A program made the position numbers and the translations under genes. Source: Candidatus Sumerlaeaceae bacterium (GTDB lineage: Bacteria > Sumerlaeota > Sumerlaeia > Sumerlaeales > Sumerlaeaceae). Taken from it: a DNA stretch of 64,000 nt. The stretch lies in the NCBI GenBank assembly GCA_051003195.1, contig JBPCLP010000045.1, forward strand, positions 64,001 to 128,000. The letters run 5' to 3'. The notes under the pieces are model-generated. The model was given only the letters and a program-made list of their open reading frames with translations. It made no database searches and was not told the origin of the DNA. This document shows positions 28,993-38,934 of the stretch, piece by piece; the first letter of the stretch is position 1, and each line of letters starts with the position of its first letter.

Positions 28993-30537
28993 TCACTCTG
29001 CCAGCCGATCCATGTCCCTGAGCCGCTGCACCGCCTGCGCAGCTTCTGCGGACGCCGGCCACTTCTGTCGCAACTCGCTGTACATCGTCCGTGCTCTCTC
29101 AAAATTTCCGGACGCCTCATTCACCAGCCCATAATCATACAACGCCCTGGGCCGCTGCGGTGCCGCCGGAAACCTCTGCAGTACGTCCGCCAGCAACGTA
29201 ACTGCTTGTGCATTTCGATGGGTCGCGATGTAACATTCCGAGATCAAGATAAGAATATCAGCTTCCTCAAATCTACCACGCGATGCATCCACGGCCGGAC
29301 GCAGCACCTCCAACGCGCGTTCGTACTCCTCCAGTGTCAGGTAAGCCTGGCCCAGCCGTAATCGTAGAGGCACTTCGCGATCTGGACTCCCGACCGCCTC
29401 CGTCAACTCGCTTTCCAGCCTGCCCGCTGCCCGCGCAGGCGATTCAGCCGTTATCGGAGTTGGTGTTGCCATGGCTTTCGCACGCGCACGGTTGCGTTTT
29501 TCCAGCTCCGAAAGGAAGCGACTTGTTGGAAAACGTTCCCGAAGAATCTTTTCGGATTCCTCTGACTTTTCAGGAAGCGGCTCCAGTAACGCGGCCAAAA
29601 AAAGTGCCCGTGGTGTTAGTCCGGATGAGGGATGATTGGCTGCATAATCGCGAAACAACTGCGCGGCCTGCGGGAAGTTACCACTCCGGCCAGCCTTCAC
29701 TGCTTCAATATATTCTGAGCGAATGACCTCGTTCTGCTCGTAAGCCGGGTTCGGCATTCCAAGGTCGGCGGCTTCCAGTGTTGGGGAGGATTGCGGCGCC
29801 TCGGCAGTTGTTGCAGTTGTTACAACATCGACATTCACCCCGGCAAATCCGGCGGCTTTTAGCGGCGGTTCAGGCGCGGAAGCTGAGGTTTCGTCCGTGT
29901 TCGCTACAGCGCTTTTGACCGATAGCGTCTGCGCGTCGGAAGGAACAGCGGGAACTGCTGGTATGCCGCCCTGCGCACCTGGTGCAAGTACCGCCGCATT
30001 ATCTTCCGTGCTCGGCGCAAATTGCGAACGCTGGCTTTCTGGTTCGGGATCCAGTCGCAGTCGGGTGCTAGACGCTGGCGGCGAGGAGGGCTCCACATCC
30101 TCTTCCATGCGTAAATCGTGAGTGCTGGGCGGAACGGGTGTCGGTGTCACCTTTGGTCCGGCAATTCGGGGGCCCAGGAACGGTATGGCGCGGATCATCC
30201 CTTTCACCAGGCCCGGTTTTTTTTCTGCCTTTGGAGTTTCCTGTTCTCGAGACTGAACGCGCGCCTTTTCGGGAACGGGCGCCGGCGCAAACTGCGGCGG
30301 ATCCTCGATGTGCACTTTCGGTGCTGCCTGTAAAATAGAGAGAGGGCTGACTGAAGTCGTCTGCGCGGCATCAGTTGCTGGAAGGCCTTGCGCCGAGCCA
30401 GAAGATGCAACCATCATGACCAGGCTGAGCATACCAAATTGTGCTGGCACGAGGTAAGCGACCAACAATATTACGCCTTGCCTGGGACCGACGATTGCTA
30501 TTTCTTGCACCTTTTGCTGTTGCGGATTATACTTCAT
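28993..30537 (-). CDS. TPR protein (CpoB/BamD-like C-terminal repeats) with Pro-rich linker
   Basis: FRDYAANHPSS, VLQRFPAAPQRPRALYDYG, LRQKWPASAEA. Confidence 0.8.
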   Translation of the reverse strand: MKYNPQQQKVQEIAIVGPRQGVILLVAYLVPAQFGMLSLVMMVASSGSAQGLPATDAAQTTSVSPLSILQAAPKVHIEDPPQFAPAPVPEKARVQSREQETPKAEKKPGLVKGMIRAIPFLGPRIAGPKVTPTPVPPSTHDLRMEEDVEPSSPPASSTRLRLDPEPESQRSQFAPSTEDNAAVLAPGAQGGIPAVPAVPSDAQTLSVKSAVANTDETSASAPEPPLKAAGFAGVNVDVVTTATTAEAPQSSPTLEAADLGMPNPAYEQNEVIRSEYIEAVKAGRSGNFPQAAQLFRDYAANHPSSGLTPRALFLAALLEPLPEKSEESEKILRERFPTSRFLSELEKRNRARAKAMATPTPITAESPARAAGRLESELTEAVGSPDREVPLRLRLGQAYLTLEEYERALEVLRPAVDASRGRFEEADILILISECYIATHRNAQAVTLLADVLQRFPAAPQRPRALYDYGLVNEASGNFERARTMYSELRQKWPASAEAAQAVQRLRDMDRLAE

Positions 30538-30598
30538 TGCAGGGTTGGCTGCTTAACTTGTTCTCTGATTTCAATGGAATTGAGAGGGAATCCAGCTG

Positions 30599-31333
30599 TT
30601 GAGCCGTGCGCCGCGCATAAGCATCATAATTCCCACACGCAATGAAGAGCAGGCCATCACCAGCCTACTGCGGTCGCTTTCCCGTCAGGATCGCATTGAC
30701 GATTGTCAGGTAATCGTAGTAGACGGCAATAGTAGCGACGACACAGCGGAACTCGCTTCGGCGTTTCCGTTCGTTCAGGTATTATCCACCACGCCCGGAC
30801 TGGTTCCGCAAATGAACTTCGGCGCACAAATGGCCAATGCGGAGATCCTCTGGTTCGTACACGCCGATACAACACTGCCCAACCGGGCGACCATTGATTC
30901 GATCGTGCAAGCCATGGCCGATCCGGAAGTCGTCGGGGGCGCATGCCGCTTTCATCTCCGCGGCGACGATCTGTATTTCAAATTCGTCAACTCGCTTGTA
31001 AACCTCCGCGCAAGGGTTTTGGGACGCCCCTATGGTGACCAGGGCATTTTTGCGCGAACCGCCGCTTTCCGGAAAATTGGGGGCTTTCGTCCGCTTAGTA
31101 GCTGCGCGGACATCGATTTTGTCATGCGCCTTCGTCGCGAAGGGTCCATCCGCGTGGTGCCCGCTCGTGTGGAAACCAGCGCACGGACATGGCATCGGTA
31201 TGGTAAAATAACTACCACCGTCTGGCATTTGAAAGAATGGCTGGCATTTGAGTGGGATCGTTTATTCCGCAGTGGCAAAGCATCGGATTTGCAAGTTCAG
31301 CCGTTGCAGGAACCCACCAAAAAGACCTCCTGA
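30599..31333 (+). CDS. Glycosyltransferase family 2 (TIGR04283-like)
   Basis: ISIIIPTRNEE, VVDGNSSD, WFVHADT, PYGDQGIF, TSARTW. Confidence 0.9.
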   Translation: MSRAPRISIIIPTRNEEQAITSLLRSLSRQDRIDDCQVIVVDGNSSDDTAELASAFPFVQVLSTTPGLVPQMNFGAQMANAEILWFVHADTTLPNRATIDSIVQAMADPEVVGGACRFHLRGDDLYFKFVNSLVNLRARVLGRPYGDQGIFARTAAFRKIGGFRPLSSCADIDFVMRLRREGSIRVVPARVETSARTWHRYGKITTTVWHLKEWLAFEWDRLFRSGKASDLQVQPLQEPTKKTS

Positions 31334-31429
31334 TACGTATCTCCCTCGTGGTCTGGCACCTGCCTTGCCCTTTAACCCCTCATAGTAAGCACATCTACTC
31401 GCTGGGATATCCCTGCGTGAGGAGGAAAC

Positions 31430-32320
31430 ATGATGAAAGAGGATCGCAAAAACGACGTAAGAATTGACGCTGCCGGTGTGGGGGATGGCGAACTGAATCC
31501 GGATCCAATTACTGGAGCACCTGGAGCCCACCCGATTGGGACTGGAATTGGCGCTGCCAGCGCGGGTGCAGTAGGGGCCGCAATTGGTGCGGTGGCAGGT
31601 CCCGTCGGTTCGCTTGCGGGTGCCGCTATTGGGGCAATAGTAGGTGGTCTCGCCGGCAAAGGCGTGGCGGAAGCCATCGACCCGACAGCCGAAGACGCTT
31701 ACTGGCAGGAGAACTACCGGAACCGCCCGTATATTGAATCAGGAACGACATACGATGAATATCAGCCGGCCTATCGCTACGGCTGGGAAAGCCGTGTACG
31801 CCATCACGACCGTAAGTTCGAAGATGTGGAACATGACCTCAGCCGCGACTGGGAGAAGGTAAAAGGAAAAAGCCGCCTCAGCTGGGAGAAGGCAAAACAC
31901 GCAACGCGCGATGCTTTCCATCGCTTTGACACTCACCGAAACACCGGTTCCGCTGGTCTATCTGACCGGGCAGCTACAATGGGCGATAACGTTGGAGCAA
32001 CTCGAAACCTGGATTCGGGTATTGGCAGCGACTTTGACGACGATTACTTCCGTCGTTCGTACATGACGCGCCCATACTACGAGACCGGAAAGACATACGA
32101 TGAATACGAACCCGCGTATCGCTACGGCCACTCGATGCGCAACCGTTACTCCGGCCGCAGCTTCTCCGACATTGAAACGGATATCGGCCGCGACTGGGAC
32201 ACACACCGTGGCAGCTCCAGCCTGACATGGGAACGCGCCAAACACGCTGTGAAGGACGCCTTTGAACGCGTGGGCGATAAGATCGACAAGGTCGTGCATG
32301 GAACCCAAACGACCCGCTAA
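31430..32320 (+). CDS. Glycine-zipper protein with two tandem copies of a hydrophilic YxPAYRYG domain
   Basis: GGAGG RBS; GxxxG-rich N-terminus; duplicated RPY...TYDEYxPAYRYG...RDW...LxWExAKHAxxDAF. Confidence 0.8.
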   Translation: MMKEDRKNDVRIDAAGVGDGELNPDPITGAPGAHPIGTGIGAASAGAVGAAIGAVAGPVGSLAGAAIGAIVGGLAGKGVAEAIDPTAEDAYWQENYRNRPYIESGTTYDEYQPAYRYGWESRVRHHDRKFEDVEHDLSRDWEKVKGKSRLSWEKAKHATRDAFHRFDTHRNTGSAGLSDRAATMGDNVGATRNLDSGIGSDFDDDYFRRSYMTRPYYETGKTYDEYEPAYRYGHSMRNRYSGRSFSDIETDIGRDWDTHRGSSSLTWERAKHAVKDAFERVGDKIDKVVHGTQTTR

Positions 32321-32340
32321 ACAGATTACCTGCCAACTCG

Positions 32341-32369
32341 GCCCGGGCATTTGCCCGGGCTTTTTTATT
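32341..32369 (+). terminator. Intrinsic terminator
   Basis: gcccgggca-tt-tgcccgggc followed by tttttt. Confidence 0.85.
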
Positions 32370-33609
32370 AGAGCCTGGACAAAGTCGCCTTCATCCAATT
32401 CGCCCCATCCAGAATCCGTGCAATCATCATCCCGCAGACGGTATCGCCGGTTGAATTCACCATCGTAGCCGGCGGGTCGACCATTGTCCCAAGTGCCGCA
32501 AGGATCGGCAGCGCTTCCGGCGGAAACCCATAGAGTGTCGCAATCAGAAGCTCTCCCACAAACCCACCTCCTGGTATACCTGCCATTACTGTGCCGCTGA
32601 GAATTGCAACCGCCACGGCCATGGCATACGATTCAAAACCATGAAAGGGCATTCCGAACACTCCCGTGAGAAACGCGATCTTCAGAACCGCACTCAGGCA
32701 TGAGCCATCCATGTGAATGGTCGCTCCAATCGGAATAACCAGTTCGCGGATATCTGTAGGAACACCGATCTCCTCGGAGGCCTGCAGATTTGCGGGAATT
32801 GTCGCGACACTGCTGCCAGTTCCAAGCGCTGTGAGAGCTGGCGCGACGATCGCCTTCCAGAACCGTCTCACACCCTCCGACCGCCCTGCCAGAAACGCGT
32901 AAATCGTAAACATGGTGAAAAAATAAAGAAATGCCGTCGGGTAATACAGCAGCATCGCCCGCAGGTAATTACCGAGCAACGATGGACCAAACACGCCGAC
33001 AAGGTAACCGAAGTACGCACCCAGTCCTAACGGCGCCAGGAGCATCACCAGCCCGACCAGCTTGAAAACAACCTGTGACAAGGCGTCCAGCCCCCGAGCC
33101 ACAGCGCGGCCTTGCTCGCCGGATGTCGCGCACGCCAATCCAAAGAATATCGCGAACACAATCAGAGCCAGCATGTTTTTCCGCGAGAGCAGTGCCGGAA
33201 AATCGGAGACCGTGAAAGTGCTGACGATCTGTTCTCCCGCGCTTGCCGGCGCTGCAGCCTTTTCATCCGGCTGCTTCAACTCGATTTTTGCATCCCTTGC
33301 CGGCGGAAAAGCTTTCACGGCGATCAGCATCAGTATGGAAGCGATCGCACCCGTGACGACGAACACCGCCAGCATGGTCACCAGAATGCGGCCAAGACGC
33401 GCCAGGCTCGCCACATTTGCAACGGCGCTCGAAATGCTTACAAACACCAGCGGCACAACCACCGTGAACAGCAGGTTCAGGAAAAGGTCGCCAAAAGGTT
33501 TCAGCACAGCAGCCCGGCTCCCAAGGAACAGCCCTGACAACGAGCCGACGACAATCCCAGCGAGCACGAACAGCAAAAAGCGATAGTTGCTCAACAACTT
33601 GCTACGCAT
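32368..33609 (-). CDS. Dicarboxylate/amino acid:cation symporter (DAACS/GltP family)
   Basis: GTGSSVATIP, PIGATIHMDG, AGIPGGG, TMVNSTGD. Start taken at MRSKLL. Confidence 0.93.
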   Translation of the reverse strand: MRSKLLSNYRFLLFVLAGIVVGSLSGLFLGSRAAVLKPFGDLFLNLLFTVVVPLVFVSISSAVANVASLARLGRILVTMLAVFVVTGAIASILMLIAVKAFPPARDAKIELKQPDEKAAAPASAGEQIVSTFTVSDFPALLSRKNMLALIVFAIFFGLACATSGEQGRAVARGLDALSQVVFKLVGLVMLLAPLGLGAYFGYLVGVFGPSLLGNYLRAMLLYYPTAFLYFFTMFTIYAFLAGRSEGVRRFWKAIVAPALTALGTGSSVATIPANLQASEEIGVPTDIRELVIPIGATIHMDGSCLSAVLKIAFLTGVFGMPFHGFESYAMAVAVAILSGTVMAGIPGGGFVGELLIATLYGFPPEALPILAALGTMVDPPATMVNSTGDTVCGMMIARILDGANWMKATLSRL

Positions 33610-33773
33610 GCGGCATCCTCTCGGAAATGGGCCGCACACAACCCGCGATGTTCTGCGATTGCTATACAATTCCGTCCGAGTATTTCATTTCTGGCCAGCG
33701 CGTTCTACGTTGCATGTGGCACAAACGCTCGCCCCAGTGTGGCGCCCAAACATACTAAAACACAGGCGGCATT

Positions 33774-35285
33774 ATGGCGGAGGAGGTAATCTCCGAAGCA
33801 GAAGAGCGATTCGAGCGGATCAGAAAAACTTTCGGTCTGATTGCCGGCCCTATTATTCTGCTTACGCTCATCCTGTTGCCAATGCCCGGCCTCCGGCCCG
33901 AAGCACATCGGTTGGCCGCTGTTCTCGGGTTTGTGATCACCTGGTGGGTATGCGAGCCGGTACCGCTGCCGGTTACCGCCCTGCTTGGGCCCGCGCTGTG
34001 TATTATCCTGGGAGCGGCCGGCGCTAAAGAGCTGCTCGCCAGTTTCGGGGATCCCATCATCTTCGTGTTTCTCGGCAGCTTCATACTCGCACAATCGATG
34101 ACGGTACACGGCCTGGATCGCCGTATCGCACTTACCATCCTCGGCACGCGCTTTGTCGGCAATTCCACTCCACGCCTGATCTTTGCTTTCGGGGCGGTCG
34201 CCGCGTTTCTATCGATGTGGTTGTCCAACACTGCGACCACTGCCATGCTTCTGCCGGTTGCATCAGGAATACTGGGCGAAGTCGCAGGGCTGGAGTCAAA
34301 GCGACTTGGACACACGGTGGATCCCCGTCGCCTGCGGCTCGCCACCGGTCTGATGCTGATGCTGGCCTACTCCGCGTCGGTCGGGGGCATTGGTACTCCC
34401 ATCGGAACTCCGCCTAACCTGATCGGCATCGGCATGATTGAGCGCCTCACTGGTACACGCATCAGTTTCACGCGCTGGATGAGCTTTGCCGTGCCCATGG
34501 TTCTCGTGATGTACCTGGTGCTCTACGTGATCATTATGTGGATGCATAAGCCCGAGGTGCGGCGAATGGATGGCCTGAGCGACTATCTGCTAGACCGTAA
34601 ACGGTCTTTGGGAAGCTGGACTCGAGGACAGGTAAATACGCTCGTCTGTTTCAGCGTCGCTATCTTGCTCTGGATTACACCAGCGGTGCTCGTCGGTCTT
34701 TTTGGCGATAAATCATGGCAGATGGAACTCTATAGTCGCCGAATGCCCGAGGGAGTCGCGGCACTGATCGGTGCCGGGTTGCTGTTCGTACTTCCGGTGA
34801 ATTGGCAGCGACGCGAATTTACACTCCGCTGGCGTGAAGCGACCGAAATCGACTGGGGAACAATCTTCCTTTTCGGCGCAGGCATAGCCCTTGGCGATCT
34901 CGCATCCCGCACCGGTCTGGCCCACACAGTGGGCCATGCCTTTGTACAGGGCACCGGCGTTACCGATATTAATGGCATCACATTTCTGGCAGTCGTCGTC
35001 GGAATCGTGGTCAGCGAGGCCACAAGTAACACCGCAGCCGCTTCCATCGTGATACCCGTCGTGATTGCTGTCTGTAAACAAGCGGGAATTGACCCGGTTG
35101 GCCCGGCCATTGGCGCCTGTATCGGCGCCAGTTATGGATTCATGCTTCCGGTTTCCACAGCGCCTAACGCTCTTGTTTATGGCACCGGAATGGTTCCCAT
35201 TACAAAGATGGCCAAAACTGGCTTCCTGTTTGATATTGTTGGCGCGGTCATTATCTGGGGCGGCGTGCGCCTGCTGATCGGTTGA
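33774..35285 (+). CDS. DASS/SLC13 family sodium:anion symporter
   Basis: SMWLSNTATTAMLLP, GTPIGTPPN, SEATSNTA, FMLPVSTAPNA. Confidence 0.95.
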   Translation: MAEEVISEAEERFERIRKTFGLIAGPIILLTLILLPMPGLRPEAHRLAAVLGFVITWWVCEPVPLPVTALLGPALCIILGAAGAKELLASFGDPIIFVFLGSFILAQSMTVHGLDRRIALTILGTRFVGNSTPRLIFAFGAVAAFLSMWLSNTATTAMLLPVASGILGEVAGLESKRLGHTVDPRRLRLATGLMLMLAYSASVGGIGTPIGTPPNLIGIGMIERLTGTRISFTRWMSFAVPMVLVMYLVLYVIIMWMHKPEVRRMDGLSDYLLDRKRSLGSWTRGQVNTLVCFSVAILLWITPAVLVGLFGDKSWQMELYSRRMPEGVAALIGAGLLFVLPVNWQRREFTLRWREATEIDWGTIFLFGAGIALGDLASRTGLAHTVGHAFVQGTGVTDINGITFLAVVVGIVVSEATSNTAAASIVIPVVIAVCKQAGIDPVGPAIGACIGASYGFMLPVSTAPNALVYGTGMVPITKMAKTGFLFDIVGAVIIWGGVRLLIG

Positions 35286-35305
35286 CGCGCTGCCGCGACG
35301 AATCC

Positions 35306-35404
35306 TTAGCGTGGGTCCTATTAATTCGTTCACTGGTTTTCTGTGCCGTCTGATCTCAAAAGCTTACTGAAGTATAGCTATGAACGTCTGGGACGGCACA
35401 TTAG
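35306..35404. mobile_element. Diverged empty copy of the YTAG-ended MITE-like family
   Basis: Begins ttagcgtgg...aattcgttcactg, contains tgtgccg and gcttactgaagt (cf. gcttacagaagt at 19206), and ends gaacgtctgggacggcacattag (cf. gaactactgattcggcacactag). Confidence 0.6.
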
Positions 35405-36870
35405 CGTAGTTGCTGAATGTTGTCGCTGTTGAAACGGCGTAGATACTGTGTACCGCCTTCAAATTTATGTGCGAAATGCGTTTCGAGCAGCGTCAAAGGC
35501 GGATAGTTGGTTGTCGCGATGTTCACGTGAACATCATAATCCCCTGGCGGGATCTGCAAAGTACGATTTTCATCCTTGGCAAGGATCGCGTTCATTGCAT
35601 CCCCCTCTTCCTGGGGGATAATTTTGAGTGTCATCACAGCCTCGTTCAAGTCATTGAACAGTTTCAAAGTTGCGTTGGACCCACTGATTTTTTTCGTAGT
35701 GAAAAACTTTTCCGCTCGCGCCGTCACCACATCCGTTACCGGTGTCGGTTTCAGATAGGCGACCGCACCATCTCGCGCAGGCACACCGGGGGGCGGCTGA
35801 TCGGAAGCGCGAGCGCCGTACGTAGCTGTTGCCGATGCAATGGGCGTACTTTCCGGTACCACACGAAGGCTCCCCTGGTTAGGGGTTCTTTGAGGCACTG
35901 GCGTCGTCTGCCCCGCTCTTCCAGTACCCTGGGAAAACGCGCGGGCAAGCTGCGCATCTTCATCAATTCCCTGTTCCGGTGTTCCCGCCGCATATACACC
36001 TTTATCGCCTGCATTGCGATTGCCGGTGCCCGCTGGTGGCGCGTGCGCCGCGGTGCCGGGTGCTTGCCGTACAGTTACGTGATCCCCCGTACCTGAGAGC
36101 ACCAGGCCCTCTTGCCCGCTGGTGGGCGCATGCGCCGTTCCGGTAACCGCCGCTTTAGCTTGCTGTAAACTTTCATCTGGAATAACATAAGGCGTCGGGC
36201 CTGAGGGCACGGGCGTTTGCATGTTCTGCACTCCACCGCTCTTTACCATCTCGTTCACGTCTTCCGGCCCACGCAGTGGCACCAGGGAGCCGTCCGAACG
36301 CGCCGCGGCTACCTCGTAGCGCGCGACTGGAGCCGGTGTTGCCGCCGCCGCGGTCGGCTCGCCCATCTTGGCGGCAAAGCTCTGGGCCGACTCAGTCGCA
36401 CCCGGCGTGACTTCCAGCGCAAAGAGCCGCGCCTGCGCCTCCTCGCGAGCCCGGTCACCAGCGAGCTTTGCGTATCGCCGATAGAAAAATAGTGCCGGTC
36501 CCACCATATCCTGTTTGTCGTAAACTTGCGCGAGACGCAGGCTGAGCGCCGCATGACCAGGAAAATCGTGGTCCAGCTTTGTCAGCGTGATAAGAGCCTC
36601 GTTCGGCTTGTCCGCAGCCAGCTGCTTCTCCGCCTGTTCAGCACGTTTGAGCGCTTCTTCGGGCAATCCACTGCTGGTTGAAGTCCGACCAGTTTCCTTG
36701 CTTTTTGCCTTAGACGGCGAATCGGACGATTGTTTCTCTTTTGCTGCGGCTTTTTCGGCTGCAGTTCCCCATGTGCCGAAGCTTATAAGCAGAAGAGTAA
36801 CCAGACTGATCCTGGCTGCGCATACGAAGCGGATAAACAATAATGACCGGACGAAGTGAATGGTATCCAT
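35401..36870 (-). CDS. Secreted protein with N-terminal TPR, low-complexity linker and C-terminal beta domain
   Basis: ALSLRLAQVYDKQDMVGPALFFYRRY TPR. Start moved to MDTIHF to avoid overlap with the upstream gene. Confidence 0.7.
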   Translation of the reverse strand: MDTIHFVRSLLFIRFVCAARISLVTLLLISFGTWGTAAEKAAAKEKQSSDSPSKAKSKETGRTSTSSGLPEEALKRAEQAEKQLAADKPNEALITLTKLDHDFPGHAALSLRLAQVYDKQDMVGPALFFYRRYAKLAGDRAREEAQARLFALEVTPGATESAQSFAAKMGEPTAAAATPAPVARYEVAAARSDGSLVPLRGPEDVNEMVKSGGVQNMQTPVPSGPTPYVIPDESLQQAKAAVTGTAHAPTSGQEGLVLSGTGDHVTVRQAPGTAAHAPPAGTGNRNAGDKGVYAAGTPEQGIDEDAQLARAFSQGTGRAGQTTPVPQRTPNQGSLRVVPESTPIASATATYGARASDQPPPGVPARDGAVAYLKPTPVTDVVTARAEKFFTTKKISGSNATLKLFNDLNEAVMTLKIIPQEEGDAMNAILAKDENRTLQIPPGDYDVHVNIATTNYPPLTLLETHFAHKFEGGTQYLRRFNSDNIQQLR

Positions 36871-36913
36871 GGCGAAGCATTGCACTGCATTCCCAAATGC
36901 AACGCAACGGTTT

Positions 36914-37726
36914 TCAGGGTGCAGCCAGTTCCCGCACCCGCTCGCGGTATGCATCCATTTCGCAGGCATAAACGTCGTGTAGAATCTTCTCATTCAGCAT
37001 GTTGGACCGGTTGTGCCAATGTAGCTTCCGGTTCAGGCATGCAATCTGGTCCGCATAGTGGGAAAGCTGGCCGACATCGTGGCTCACCATGATCACCGTT
37101 AGCTGCATTTCTTCCTTAAGCTGTTGAACCAGGTGGAGGAACCGCTGCTGGCCCGCAGAGTCCACACCGCTTGTCGGCTCGTCCAGGATAAGCAATCGAG
37201 GCTCACTGATCAGCGCCCGCGCGATGAACGTGCGCTGCTGTTGCCCTCCGGACATCCTGCCAATTGGCCGCTGCGCCAGTTCTCCTACTCCCACGCGATC
37301 CAGCAGTTGTAGCGCTCGTTCTCGTAGCGCAGTCGTCGGACGCCGGAACAGCCCGAGCTTCGAAGTTGCGCCCATCAGGACGACATCAAGCGCCGTCGCC
37401 GGGAAGTTCTGGTCTATATCGCTCCGTTGCGGGATATAACCAATGCGTGCACGATCAGAGCGAGTGTGGGAAAGATCATGCCCGAAAACTTCAATATGGC
37501 CATTGTGTAGTGGCAACGTCCCCAGGATCAACTTCAGCAATGTACTCTTGCCGCCGCCGTTGGGGCCAATGATACCCAGAAAAACGCCCTCATCGATACA
37601 GAAGGTGATATCCTCCAGGATAACCTTCGCACCACGAGAGAACCCTACCTGCTTAAGACACACGACGCGCTTCTCGCACGAGCAACGTTCGCTCGACTCG
37701 CATTCACATTTGATCATACGATGCAA
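36914..37726 (-). CDS. Metal ABC transporter ATP-binding protein (ZnuC/MntA-like)
   Basis: GPNGGGKST, IGYIPQ, MSGGQQQR, LILDEPTSGVD, VSHD. Confidence 0.93.
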   Translation of the reverse strand: MHRMIKCECESSERCSCEKRVVCLKQVGFSRGAKVILEDITFCIDEGVFLGIIGPNGGGKSTLLKLILGTLPLHNGHIEVFGHDLSHTRSDRARIGYIPQRSDIDQNFPATALDVVLMGATSKLGLFRRPTTALRERALQLLDRVGVGELAQRPIGRMSGGQQQRTFIARALISEPRLLILDEPTSGVDSAGQQRFLHLVQQLKEEMQLTVIMVSHDVGQLSHYADQIACLNRKLHWHNRSNMLNEKILHDVYACEMDAYRERVRELAAP

Positions 37727-37779
37727 AACAGGCGGAGGAGGACTATATTTATCCGCTGGGCAACGGCGTGCGCTGCCAT

Positions 37780-38934
37780 CTACGTTACCATTCTTTTGGT
37801 GACCATCGCCAGTGTCTGGGCCGCACGACGTACATTTGCGATGTTCAACATCCGGCTGAATCCGATCCGTATTGCGCCCGCGCGACGCTCCTCGCTTAGA
37901 CCCATCGCTTTCAACACCGGCGAATCAACCACGACGCCGGAATGACACGCCGACGTGCTGGAAAGCTGCACGCCTTCCAGGTCCATTGCGATCTGCAGGT
38001 CTTCTTTGTTTTTCACGTCCGCAATGGATATGTTAAATATCCCTGGCATTCTGTGGGTTTGATCAACTGCACCGTTCAGCGTATAGGCTACGCCCGCGAA
38101 ATCCAGTTCGTGGAAGAACGTGCCCTCCAACTCCAGCAGCAGCGGGTGAAGCGTCTCGGCCCTCGGCATCTGCTGCGCGGCAGCCGAAAAGCCAGCCGCC
38201 CCCGCAACATTTTCTGTCCCAGCCCGGCGAAAGTTTTCCTGCCCTCCACCGACCAGCAGGGGCGCGAGGTCCACTCCGTCGCGAACGTAGAGAAATCCAA
38301 TTCCTTTCGGTCCATGGATTTTGTGTGCGCATGCTGTCAGAAAATCCACCGGCATGGTGCGCACATCGAACGGCGTTTTTAAATAGCTCTGCACAATATC
38401 CAGGTGCAGCAGCACGGTTGGAAATGCGAGCTTCACCGCCAAAATCCCTGCGAGATCCTGCAGCACGCCCGTTTCATTATTGCAATGCAGCAGCGTGATC
38501 AGGCGGGTGTTCGGCCGAACTGCGCCCCGTAGCTGCTGCATGTCGACCAGCCCGGTTCCATCGACTGGAATCTCGGTTACTTGCACTCCCTCGCCATGCA
38601 GGCGCTTCTCAAACGCCAGGCGGTTGCGCACACTCGCGTGCTCCGTTGTACTCGTCACAATGTGTACCGGCGCGTCTTTGAAAAAGCGCTGCACCACGGA
38701 CGCGATCACGAGGTTATTGGACTCCGTCCCACTGGACGTAAACACGATCTCCGAAGATTTTGCAGCAATACTCTCAGCAAGCACCGAGCGGGCATCGGCC
38801 AGCACCTTCGCCGCGCGTCGCCCTTCCGTGTGGATGCTGGAGGGATTTCCGAACACCTCAACATTCACTCGGTGCATCGCCTCTGTCGCAATAGGCTCGA
38901 GAGGCGTAGTGGCGCAGTTATCCAAATAAATCAT
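37780..38934 (-). CDS. Cysteine desulfurase (group I, IscS/NifS-like)
   Basis: IYLDNCATT, GNPSSIH, FTSSGTESNN, AHKIHGPKG, RAGTENV, SSTSACHSG. Confidence 0.93.
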   Translation of the reverse strand: MIYLDNCATTPLEPIATEAMHRVNVEVFGNPSSIHTEGRRAAKVLADARSVLAESIAAKSSEIVFTSSGTESNNLVIASVVQRFFKDAPVHIVTSTTEHASVRNRLAFEKRLHGEGVQVTEIPVDGTGLVDMQQLRGAVRPNTRLITLLHCNNETGVLQDLAGILAVKLAFPTVLLHLDIVQSYLKTPFDVRTMPVDFLTACAHKIHGPKGIGFLYVRDGVDLAPLLVGGGQENFRRAGTENVAGAAGFSAAAQQMPRAETLHPLLLELEGTFFHELDFAGVAYTLNGAVDQTHRMPGIFNISIADVKNKEDLQIAMDLEGVQLSSTSACHSGVVVDSPVLKAMGLSEERRAGAIRIGFSRMLNIANVRRAAQTLAMVTKRMVT

